DNA of 64,000 nucleotides. Source: Candidatus Omnitrophota bacterium. Its GTDB lineage: Bacteria; Omnitrophota; Gorgyraeia; Zapsychrales; JAHFFX01. A model generated the notes under the pieces. It made no database searches. It worked only from the letters and a program-made list of their open reading frames with translations, and had not been told where the DNA came from. A program made the translations under genes and the position numbers. The stretch covers positions 64,160 to 128,159 of the forward strand of contig JAHFFW010000002.1 of assembly GCA_023247725.1 (NCBI GenBank), in the 5' to 3' direction. Of the stretch, positions 15,001 to 27,000 are shown one piece after another (the stretch's first letter is position 1; every line of letters starts with the position of its first letter).

Positions 15001-18000
15001 TGGCTCGGACTCGAGAAAAAAGCGTCACCGCCGGCGACCCGGCCATGTATTCCACGAAGCCAACGCCGGAACCGGGCGAACAGCTTGTTGTCTTGGAGGT
15101 GGATGAAAAGACCGGCAAAACCCGGATTGAGAATTTTAATAATCCCGAGGGGATAAAAGTCAGCGGTTCCGATCGGGAAATCGGGCTGGGTCAAGCGGCC
15201 AGCTTCGACAGCGATGCGATCGAGATACAAGAAGATAAACAACTTTCTTTTGACCGGAAAACGGAACGCGAGGCAGTGGAAGAATTGTCCCGGCTTGGGC
15301 TGGGAGTGGAGCACAACGGTCAGCTCATCGTCAAGCAAAGCGAGCTGGAAAAGATCGGCTATGACGCCGACTGGCAACATAACATCACCCGAAAAATACA
15401 GAGTGAAGAGGCCGGTCTAGCCGAAGATCGGAGTTTGATTAAGCAAGCAACGGAGAAAGAACTCGGGGCCGACCATCCGGTCAACCAAGGTATTGAGGAG
15501 GCTCGCTCTGAGCTTTCCAACGGAGAGAAAAAGCAATTTGATCAGATGCGAGAGCAGGGCCGGATTGTTTCTATGGAACTGGGTGAAGATATCGAAAAAG
15601 CCGAAAGCCGGGAGGCAGACCTTAAGAAGGAAGCCCTAGCCTTAGCCCTAGCTTTGCTCCATCTATCTCCCTTGGAGGCGGCGGTTTATAAGAAAAGGAT
15701 GGAGGGGCTGGAGCCGTCCTCGATGATCATTGGCGAGGGCAATGAGGCGTATATGGTGATAACCCCCAAGTCCAGGCATCAAGCCCTCCTTCAAGAGAAG
15801 CCCTCGTATAAGGCGGCGGTGCTTAATGAATGGAATGTGATTAAGGATTCCAGCCTCACTCCGGAGGCCAACATTAAGAAACAACTGGAGAAACAGGGCA
15901 AGGCGGGCAGGCGCCTGATCAGCTTAAGCCAGTTGAGATTGCGGCCGGGGTCAGATGAGGTTCAAATTCAGGGACAAAACATTCCCCGCATTAAGTCTCC
16001 TGGAGCGCAAGCTGGCTCTCCGACGGATGTGAAGCAAAAGCAAAACCAAAGCCCTATGATTCCGCAGAAGATGTCCGGTCCGCGTCAAACGCTCGACTCG
16101 CAAAAGGCGGTGGTCATTCCTTTCGATGCAAACAAGCAATTAATGATCACTCTGAGTGGAGAATCCGTCTCGTTTTTCAAATTGAAAGACGGCGCCATCG
16201 ATTTCCAAAGAAATAATGGAAATCTGCGCACCGCAGAACCTGGCCAAGTCTATGGATACAGCTTACCCGGGCAATTGGAACTGGGAATAGCTTTGAGCCC
16301 CAAAGGAGAGCTCTTGCTGTTCAATGCGGCCCCTGCTCAATCATTGGAGGTTGAAGTTCAACCGATTAAGGAGCCTTTAATACATCCTAATGATTACGAG
16401 GTGACTCATTCGGACTTGGGCGAAGACCGGGATCAAGACGGGCTAAGGCGATACAGCCCCCGCCATGTTTCTTCCGGAGATCGCGGCGTTTATCCTTTTC
16501 ACGGGGATGCTGTTAAAGTGAAAATTGAAGGCGCTTTGGTTGAATTCAAAAAAGACAAAAACGGACTGCAATATCAACGTGAGGGGGGAAGTCTCCACAG
16601 AGGAAAATCCTATAAAGTGCGCGGGTCGGACGGCGAAGTGTTATTTGATTTACAGGTTGGGCTTAATGAGCGCGGCGAGCTGGAAATCAAGAACATCGGA
16701 AAAAATGAAATCGAGACCCGCCAGCTTGACTCCGCCAAGCTCGAAAAAGGCGAAGGCAATGATACGAATTTCGCCGATCCGACCGACGCCGCGCAGGCCG
16801 AGGCGCGGGATCAGATTTCCGTTAATACGAACGACGAACGACGAACGACGAAATCCGACTCCGCGCAGGCGGACAAATTCAAAGGCTCCCTGACGATTTC
16901 GCGCGATGATGAGTCCTCGGATCGTACGCCGACCGACGCGGCGAAGGCGGAGGATTTAAGAGTGGCCCAATTGAGTTCCGAAATGCCGACGGAAGAGGTT
17001 CAGTCGCCAAGATTTGAAAATTGGAAAGCGAGATTGACCGATTCTGCGCACTCCATAAAACTGGTTTTCAACTGGAAAAAAGAAGAAAGGGCTGTAGATG
17101 GATTATATCAGCAGGCCTTGGCCGCATCGGATACCAATGCCAGATCGCAGGCCGTCGAAGGTTTAGTTCAAGCCGCGCATCGTCGAGGCCTTTCGTGGAG
17201 AAGTAGTATACCGGCATATTCGGCAAATACTTATCTAACGATGTTGTTTAGAGATCGGAAGTACACCGCCCAGGTGGCTTCCAGAATGAGCAAGCAAGAA
17301 ATTGCGGATATGATTGTAGGAAATGCCGCCTATTCTTCAGCGGACCTTGCAGCAAGATTGTCAGATTTTTCGTTGATAAGAGGGGCCTCTCATTCTTTAG
17401 CCGACGTTGGAACAATGTTGTCCGATGTACAAGATCGAGAGGACTTCCCAGAAATTCTCGCGCAGGTTGAAAAGAAAATCCAAACCCGCGCCAATGATTC
17501 AGGGCTTTCCGAGTATTCTCAGAAAAAAGTTGCTAAAGCCGCTTTGGACTATGTCCAGTGGGTGTTGAATCAGACGTCTGGGGATTCGGGAAACAATCTT
17601 CGACTTCCCCCCGCCGCAGACCGGATCGTCAAGGCCCGAAGCGTTGTGGAAAAGAATTTGAATTTTTCAGATAGACTTGGATTCTCCGTCGGCGAAGATT
17701 CGCAAAACCAGGTGAATCCGGCAACGGTTGAAGAGAAGAAGCAGGCCATGGCCCTCACTATTTTCAGGATCGCCGCTTCCCCCGGGAAAATCAATTTAAC
17801 ACAGGATCTTAATTACGTGAACCGATTTGATTGGGATCGCGTGAAGCTGTATTCGCCGGAAATCCAAAAACGATTAACCCGCGACCGGATTAATCATGAG
17901 CATGGCAAAAAAGATAACCGCCGCAAGGCGATTGTGGTTTACACCAAGGCGGATAATAATGGGGTGTTTAATAATGAGGCGGTGATTAAAGGCCTGATGG

Positions 18001-21000
18001 CGGCCGATTTTAACATACTTTTTTATGAAGTTGACGGAAATACCGATGCTGAGGTCGAAGATAATATTGTGAAGGCCTTGAAAGCGGCCACCCGGGATTT
18101 TACTGAACCGGCTGACTTTATCGATTTCGGAGCGCACGGCCCGTACACCGCCGACAGCATGAACTATGGAAAAGGAGGAGCGCTTACCGTAGGCCGTTGG
18201 CAAGCGCTAAGGGGGAAAGTTTCCGGCGCTTTGGCGGAAAAAGGACGAGTGCTGCTTGAAAGTTGTTTTACGGGCAAGGGCGGTCTTGAGCAAAGTAATC
18301 CGGCGAATATGTGGGCCATGGTCTTCCCTCAGGCCGCGGAGATTTTGGCGCCGAACAAGGCTGCTGCCGTAAAAAGCTTTGCCATTGACCGCAACAATGA
18401 AGTGACGATTGAGCATTCTCACGGAGCTTCTGTTTATCGTGCTAATCATGATCAACTGAGCCGGTTTGAAGCGTCGGTTGAGTCATCGGATATTGGAAAA
18501 CCGGTTGTGAAGAAAGTCGACGACGCGGCCCAGGTCGGCACTCCGCCCCAGATGCAAATGCGCGCCGCCGATCCCCGCAGGGAATTGTTGCGCCGGCGTT
18601 TGACCGACGCGGTGGATGCGCTGGTCATGGTCACCGGCAAGCGGGAGAGAAAATCCGCCAAAATCGAGGTGCGGGCCGCGGCTAACGCTTTGGTGGCGCA
18701 GGGAGACCGGGATTTTGTGGGAGAGAAGTTGGATGCTTTAAGCGGCCTGATCGCCGCCGATGACCGGCTGCATCCGGTGGCCGGCGGGCTGGGCGTCATG
18801 ACCGCGAAATCAACGCCGTTGCAAAACCAACAAGCGGCGGCGGCGCAGAGTTTATCGTCTGAGGAATTAGGAAATGTCGCGCAATCGATCGATGTCTTGC
18901 AAAGCGCCTTGGGAACGGAAGGCTTCTCCCGTACCGATATCTTGGATCAAATCAAGCGGGGAATGCATCAAGAGGATTTCAACGCCCACCGGCAAGCCAT
19001 TGAGCAATTAAGCGATAATAATTTGGTACAAATTAAAAATTTTGTCGACGTGGCCGACCGGCAGCAAGTGCGGGAAGGAATGGCGAATTTGTTAGGCCTC
19101 GCCCAGCAAAGGGACAATGAAAACAACCCCAGAGAGCTCAACAATGATGACCTGATGCTGGTTTTAAATCGTCCGGACACCGACGCAACGCCGGTTCAAT
19201 CTCAATCCCCCATAAAGGTCAGTCCCTGGCGGGGCAGATTGGTCATGGTGCCCAAGCTCGTCGCTGCGGTGGTTGCGGTGGCGTTGATTGTGCCGGCGAT
19301 CGCGAGTGCCGCCGGGGCGGTAGGGGAGATCGGTCCATTGGCTCAGCACCCGAATCTTCCCCCGACGGGCGATCAGATGGGGGCCCAGCCTACTCAAGAC
19401 GTGCAGCCAGTCCTCAATGTTCCGACCCAAGCGGAGATCCCGAAGTCTCCGGACATTAAACCGGTTGAATTGAAAAACGCCACAGCAGAATCGGATCCGC
19501 AGGGTTCGCCCGAGGAAGTGCGGCCAACGCCGGTGGAACCCATCCATTCCCCGATCGGTACAGAGTTAACGGCGCCAACGGCACCTGACTCTTCCGAAGC
19601 GGTTATTCCTTTGGTGGAACCGATCCATTCCCCGATCGGCACAGAATTAGCAGCGCCAACGGCGCCTGATTCTTCCGACGAAGTGGTTGTTCCTTTGGTC
19701 GAACCCATTGTCTCGCCCATTGGCACACAATTGACGATGCCGACGCCGGTGACACCGGAGCCAGCTCAAGGCACGGCGGCCGGTCAGCTGACCGATCTGA
19801 CGATGGAATCACCGGCGAGTATTGAAGCTCCCATAGCCGAGTTTCCGCTCCATGAATTACCCATGGCAAAATTATCTCCGCTATTGACTTCACCGACCCT
19901 GGATGTGGAAGCGCCGTTGGCAGAAATTCCCGACCAGGCGCCGGTGACATCCTTGGCCGAGCCGCCGGCGAATCCGCACCCCGACGGCGTGCCGGTGGTG
20001 GTAGAACAACCCGGAAAGGGTAAAGGAATAATCCAACAGCCTCCCGCACCGTCGATTTCTCAAATTTCCAAAACGAAACCGTCACCGGTCGTGGCGCAGC
20101 CCGTTGTCAAACGACCGGCGCCGGAAAAAACAAGCACCAGCACGATAGAACGGCCGCCCGCTTCCCATTCTTCCGGGACTTCTCAAACGATCACCCTGCC
20201 TCCGCCGGAGCCGCATGCGCCGGCGGTTTCCCAAATAGCCTCCGCCGATACACATTCCCCGGTCCAGGTCGATACCACTCCGCCGACGCTGGAAGAGAAA
20301 AAAGCGGGGGATAGAGATTCTCAGCACGGCGGGGTTTCGGCTAAAGAGGCCAGAGATCAATATATGAAATCCTCTAAGGCGTTTGGGGATCAATATATAA
20401 GTTATTTCTTGGATACGGGCGATCAACACCTTAAAGATGGAAATAGGAAAGCAGCGAGAGAGGCCTATGCTAAGGCCTTGCAGGCGGGAAAGACTCTCAA
20501 CGACGGTGAACATGCCCGGCTTGCCCAAAGTAAATTGGACGACCTTGAAGGCGGCCAGCCTCCTTCTTCGGAATTTCCATTTAATGCGACTGGCGCCGCT
20601 ATCACAGGGATTGGGTTGCTTGCGACCGGCCTGGCAGGTTATGGCGTCTATCGTCAACGACGGCAGCGCTCCGCGCGGAATCGTCCTAACCCAGCAAAAG
20701 CGGCCTCGGTTGCGCCCCGCCTGTCTGCGGAAATACCGGTGGAGCGGCGTCAACAACCCTTGGTTGAATGGTCCTTTGACAAGCCCAATCTGGCGCATGC
20801 CGATCCCGACAAACGTCAGGTGATGCATATTGCGCCGGATGAGGACCCTCTGATTACTTCACCGGTTTCCGGTACCGTGCATATCGGTGTTCGGGATAAC
20901 CAAGGGAATTGGACGGAAGTAGAAGATCGGCCGCTTACTTTGAATCCGCAAACCGGCCGGTATGAACTTCGCGTGACCAATCCCCGCGCCAACGTCTTTA

Positions 21001-24000
21001 CCGTTCATTGGGGCAATGATGCGCAAGCTCCAGGCTGGGATCAGCGTCCGGCGTTTGAAATTACCCGTAATGCGCCGGCTACCCAACAACAGTCGGACGC
21101 GCAGGCAACCGACTCGCGACAGCATCAGGGTACGTCGCTGGATGATACTTTAGATGCCGTGGAACGAAATCGCTTGGCCAGAGAGGAAGCTAAAGATGAT
21201 TTTAATCGGCAACACCGGCCGGAAGTCGATATTAAGAATACAACCGGAGGAAAATTCGTCGTACAAGTCGCTTATCGAGGCCGCAGTTTGGACCACAGTA
21301 TAGTTATGGTCGTCAGGGTTGGCGACAGCCGGGAGTTTGCGACGCAGGAGGAAGCCGAAAGATTCGGCGCGTTCTTGGAGAAGAACCATGGGGATCATTA
21401 TGCGGAGCATGGGGACTTAAGGAAAGGGACTTCCTTAGACCCAACCTTGGATCCGGCCACTCGGCAGAGACTGGCGAGGGAAGAAGCCCGGACAGCAGCC
21501 GCGTACACCTACACCTTGAAGGTCTCTCCAACCGACGACGGGAACTATGAGGTCAGAGGCGTTTATTGTGGGGTGAGTTTGAATGGGCAGGAGTACTATG
21601 AGGAGGCGGCGGACTCCAGCAGCACACCACCGCTGCGTTTCCTATCGGAATCGGAAGCCGTTGACTATGCCAGCCGCGGCGGACAGGATTTTTATGTGAG
21701 AGGAAGCGCCAGTACGAAAGCTTCTGGGAAAGGTGGTGGGAGCGGTTCAGAAAAATCTTCCGGTCAAGAAGCCGGAACGAGGCAAAAAATTTCCATTGAG
21801 GCCAGGTTGAAGACCGCCCGTCGCGCCGCGCAAGGGGTATTGATGGAAAACGTTCAAGAGCAATTGGATGGGTTCGGAAATCGCCTAAGTTGGGCTTTAG
21901 GCTCCCCAGGGGAGAAATCGGATAGAGATCGAGGGCTGGAGTTGCTGAGGCGCATCAAAGATCAGATTGCCGAACAATTGAAGGAGGATGCCGCGCAGGT
22001 TATCGGCTTGCCGCAAATTCACGAGCTGATGGCGTTCCCGGAGGAACGAAGGAAAATATTGGAAAAGAGCATCGGGGAGTTAAATGACTTTTTAGCAACA
22101 CTGAAGGTTCCGGAGGCGATGGAAGCTAGCCTCAATGCGTCCACTAAGAACATAGAAAGGATCATTGCTTTTGGCAACGTGGTATCAAAGGCTAGGGATG
22201 CGGAAGTACTCAATCATCAATGGAAGGACATAACCAATTTTCTTGCTGAGATGATACCGGAGAAGGAGCGGACATCCCCCTCTCCGCGTCTTGAGTTAGC
22301 CAATGCGGCGATCCAGGAGGCAACTGAGGCCCAGGCGAATGTAAGACCCGCCCCAACGCAAACCCCAACCGACGGCAACGGCGCGGGTGAAAATGGTTCC
22401 GGCGCCCGGACGACGGGGACGGGTAGTTCCATAACACCTCAAGAAAGACTCCAGCAATTAGAAGAGGAGATAACCGCTAAAACAAATGAAAAGGAGGATT
22501 ATCTTCGTCAGTTAGATAAAATTGATCCGAATTCTTCCTTAAGGACTCAGGAAGATCCGCCCGCCCCGGTCAAAGATTTACAAGGTAGAAAATTGGAAAC
22601 ACAACTTTACCGTGAAAGTGATAAAGGTCGCAGTGATACCGACCTTTATCGGCGTGTTACTCAAGCGCGGTCAAAACTAATAAGGGGTAAAGAATCGGTC
22701 TCAGGGGATTTGGATAATATTTTTAAACAGATGGCGGACCACCAAAGAGGTGGAAATCCTTTTTCGGAAGATTTAATCAATCGAGCCAATGACGCATTAG
22801 CCCAACCGCACCCCGGGGGTGAGAGTGGTTCATCGACGTCGGTAGATTTCAAGGCAGGACAGGTTATCAAAACAGCCGATGGCCGAATTTTTGTTGTTCA
22901 AGAAATTGTCAGCAAAGATGCCCCGATCAACCGCGCCGGTGTTTCGAAGGTTCGCCTTATTGAAGTTGATCATACAGGAAAGGGCTTGAGGACTAACGGT
23001 AGGATTAATCAGCAATCTCATCCTATCGAGAATGTCTCCCCGGATTCGCCTTTGTCGGTTCTGCTGGCGGGCGCGGAAATTTTAACGCCCGGGGATGATT
23101 TTTCTGACGATAGTTTGCCTTATAATGAAGCCTTTACATATCTTTTTGAACATTTGGGTTTGGTGCAGGGGCTGAAAGATCTTCCTGAGGATCAAATTGT
23201 GATGAAGGCGCGGTTAGGGGATTCGAAGGCGAAAAGCCTTTTGAAAGAAAGATCTGTGGATTGGCGGCCGCGGAATTCGCAGGGAATAGTCACCGTCCAC
23301 GCGCAGGGAGAAGGTCACGGTGGTAATTTAAAGGTCGGGGATAGATATTTTGATCATTATAAATTTTTGGATGTCAAGACAGCACCCGAAGAAGTTCCAT
23401 TAAGCCAGGCGCCTGCCGGGTTGGCGGTGGGAAATAGATTTATTATAAATGTGTCCCACCATGAGTCCGGCGAGTTAGGACAGCCTGGACATTCTAAGGC
23501 GGTAGTTTCTCTGGGGCGGGTCGTTGCCGACTCCACCGGAGCTGAGAGCGGTTCACAGACATCCGCGCAAGAAGCACAAGTAAAACTACGGAGTGAGGCC
23601 GAAAACGCGGCATGGCATGGCGTTGAATTTGAAGATCTGGCCCAGGATAGCAGAACTCCCCAGGAGGGAGTTCACCATCAGCAGGCGGCGGTTGGGGAAT
23701 ATCGTGAGGCCAGAGATCTCGATCCGGACACATTTGAATATGCGGCCATGTTAGGCGAAGCTTATGTGCGGTTGGGAAAGCTTCGGGATTTGACGCCTGC
23801 GGAGGCCCAGGAAGCCATGGGTGCCTTGCAGGCCGCCCTGAAATTGGCGAGCTCCACCAGCCAGAGTTGCGCTTCTTGCAATGAAGCTTTGAATGAATTG
23901 GGGCAAATCGTCGCTCGCCAAAAAGAATCTTCCGATCAAAGAGAGCATGCAGCGTCGGGCGTTTCCCGCGAGCAGGCCGTGGCCTTTGCCCGCACGGCGC

Positions 24001-27000
24001 TTGGAAACTATAATCCTTTAGCCGACATTGACCGCCGCATAGAAGAGAATGAAGCTAATATTAAAAAATTGCGCGAGCGTTTGAATACAATTGACCCGGA
24101 CGGTTCTTTGCTGCAATTACCCGAAAAAGATCAACCCGAAGAAGTTAGAAACGTTGGGAAAGAATTAGACCATCTCGTGCATTTCATAGGAGAAGCCTCA
24201 TTTATTAAACGCAATCGCCTGCGCATAGAGATTCACCGAGCAAGTGAAAAGGGTCAGGCCGATGGGGATTTTTACGACCAATTCATGGATGTGAGAGGAC
24301 AACTTATAAGAATAAGAATGAAAGAAGATAGCAGCTATGAGGAAGATCTGTCTGAGGAAATGAAGGATATGTATCTTGATCTAGAGCACAATAGGGGATC
24401 CGGTACTCCATTTTCTGATGAAATGATTCAATCCGCTCAAGCTTTAATGGCTCGAGTTGAGTCGGCACTCGCGCAACGACCGAAACCCGCCTCGCACCCC
24501 GGGGGTGAGAAGGTTGCCCCAACCGACGGCAACGGCGCGGGTGAAAATGGTTCCGGCGCCCGGACGGCAGATGATATCATCGGGGGTATTCGGGATATTG
24601 CCGGCAGCATTATTCAGTCGTCGCAACGAACCGATGTTATAAATAACCCGGAAATGATCCAGCAAATGAAAGATGAGAGTGACGCCCTTCACCGGCAATT
24701 AGCGGAAGCAGGCCGCGGCAAACCCGTATCCGATGTCACTCTCAGTCAGCTCCGGGGAGGAGACGTTATTCAAGTCAATGGTGAGTTGTATATTGTTAAA
24801 GAAGTATCCGATGGATCGGATGGGGTAGCAAAGGGAGCGATGGTGATTGGCAGAACAAGAGGAGGTACATTGAAGGGCATTTTTGATGGGGGCCTGCATG
24901 TTGGGGGAGAAAGATTTAAGAGGGTAGAGGTGCGAGAGGCCGCGCCGGGGCCCGCCGCGCCGGAAAATGATTTAGAGTTAGCGAAAGATCTGCAGCAGTT
25001 GGACCATGACCGGCAACATTCTGCCGCAGTCCGCAAAGCCGCGCCCACGCCGGCGCAGGGCCTGGTTGAGGATTTTCTCTATCGAGGTACAGGTAGACGA
25101 AACTCGAGAAGCACCGCGATCGTTCGCCAGGCCAATGACGAATTCGCTGACGCCGATGCGGAAGTTGCCCGAAAAATTGTCGCGGAAATCCGATCCGGAA
25201 ACACGGAATTCGAGGAAGTTGACGCCTCCGTTCCTCTGGCGGTGGGTCAGGTCGTGATGGTCGGTAACATCGCCATTGTCGTCGCCGATTTAAATAATGG
25301 GAAGCCCCTGTACGTCAGTTCTCCTCTGCAAACGGAGGCAAGATCTGCCATAGCTATTCTATCCGAATTCTCTGCTGAAGTGATTGCGAGGGGAAAAAGA
25401 TACCAGGTGAAAAGTGGGACGGAAGTCAGTGCCGCACAGGCCGGACCCGCCTCGCACCCCGGGGGTGAGAAGGTTTTACCGGAACCCACCGCGCAGGAAG
25501 CGCAGGCGGAAACTTCCTTGCGAAGATCGCGAGCGCTTGAGCCCGTGTTGCAGAAACTTGAATCCTTTGCGGGTCAGGACGGGCATATTTCGAGCCTGGT
25601 GGAAGGATTAAAGGGAACAATGGCCGAGGGCACCGCAGGCACGGATGAGGAGTATGCCAAACAACTCATGGAGAGGTTGAATAGTTTATATCGGGCGAAG
25701 AAATCTTCGCCGGCCAAGGTTTACGGGGAAGCCTTTGCAATGCTTCAGTCAGTTATCTTGCAAAGCACCGGGGGAACAGTGATTGCTCCCAGCGTCGGTA
25801 CGAAAGCTTCAAGCGGATCAAGAGAAATGCATGCGCTTTATTCGACAACGGGGGAGTCGTCTCCCACCGGAAAATGGGTCGTCCATGAGACTGTGGACTT
25901 GGGGTTAAAAGTAGCGGGCGATAGGGTTTTAGTTCCGGCCAAAGTCATCATTGCTCCGGATGTGGAGCCCACTGCTAAAGCACCGGCTTCCCAAACGGAT
26001 GACGAGATCGAGGCAGAAGTGCGGAAAGAGCGTGCAGAGCAGAAAGCGCAGGAAGAACGGGAACAAAAAGCCGCGGACATGTTCTCTGCCGGCATGCACA
26101 AGATGGAAGGTCATCCTGAAATAGCCATCGAGGACTTTCGACAAGCCCTGAGCCTTACCAAGGATCCCAGAGATCAGCAAACCTACAAAGGAAGCATTGC
26201 TATGGCAGCCAGCAGGATTGGCCATAACAAAAATGAGGAAGGCCGCCTCCGGGAAGCGATAGAATATTTCCGGGAAGCGGTTGATTTGGATCCAGGAGAA
26301 AAGCATTATAGAGAACAGCTGGCCAATGCGGCGGTTGCAGCCGGACAGGTTTTCCTTGCGAGTGATCACGGTCGGGCTGCCAAATTTTTTGAGGAGGCCG
26401 TTCGGCACGCTCCAGATAATCAAGATTTTATGAAATTATTAGATTACGCTAGAAGCCAGCTGGAAAAAAACGACGAACCCGCCTCGCACCCCCGGGGTGA
26501 GAGTGAGAGTGGTGAGGAGGTTGCCGCTACTCCCGTCGATCAGCCCCCCGTTAATGACAATACCAAAGTTATCACCGAGACCGGCCCCGATGGGAAAAAG
26601 TATTATGTACGTGTCCGGGAACCAGCAGAAACTTCAACGGGTTCGGCTCCCGTTATAGAAGTAAAGACGCCGGAACCGGCCGGCAACGGTGCAGAAAAGT
26701 CCAAGGAAAGGCTATCCGGGGCGGACTCTACAATACCCGCTCCGGCGGCGCTGCCCCGTGCCCCGTCCTTCGCGACGATCCCAGGTGTAACGGAGCGGAT
26801 TATGGGCCTGCCGGTGGCGCATGACCATACCGCCTCGTTGGAGGCATTGCGAACTCATCTTGCGGCGGATGCCCGGGAAGCGCGTAATGCTTTGGCCTCT
26901 GCCGCTTCGCCGGCTTCCGCCGTCTCAGCTTCGGCCGGCAGTTCCGCCGACGTACGGCCGGCGAGCGTAGACTTAGAGGCTTTGCATCAGCAAAGAGCGG

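Larger units (their letters stand above)
22300..26520 (+). repeat. Array of about 4 diverged module repeats; each ends in ...PFS[ED][DE][LM]I..A....HPGGE followed by a small beta-rich (SH3/KOW-like) segment. A 50-bp identical DNA block occurs at 22364-22413 and 24517-24566. The palindromic motif CACCCC(C)GGGGTGAG occurs at 14784-14800, 22809-22823, 24495-24509, 25455-25469 and 26488-26502.
   Basis: Seen: ccccaaccgacggcaacggcgcgggtgaaaatggttccggcgcccggacg occurs twice (PTDGNGAGENGSGART). aacccgcctcgcaccccgggggtgagaaggtt at about 24485 matches gacccgcctcgcaccccgggggtgagaaggtt at about 25445, and a third copy lies at about 26479. The segments after HPGGE are GQVIKTADGRIFVVQEI / GDVIQVNGELYIVKEV / GQVVMVGNIAIVVADL / GKWVVHETVDLGLKV. 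Confidence 0.75.

Noticed and set aside
22300-26520. Possible CRISPR array or REP-type intergenic palindromic elements, suggested by the repeated palindrome CACCCCGGGGGTGAG and repeated 30-50-bp blocks
   Set aside because: The repeats are irregularly spaced (about 1-8 kb) and lie in-frame within a continuous coding sequence. They encode a conserved peptide (HPGGE / PTDGNGAGENGSGART). No regular repeat-spacer architecture, leader or cas genes are present.
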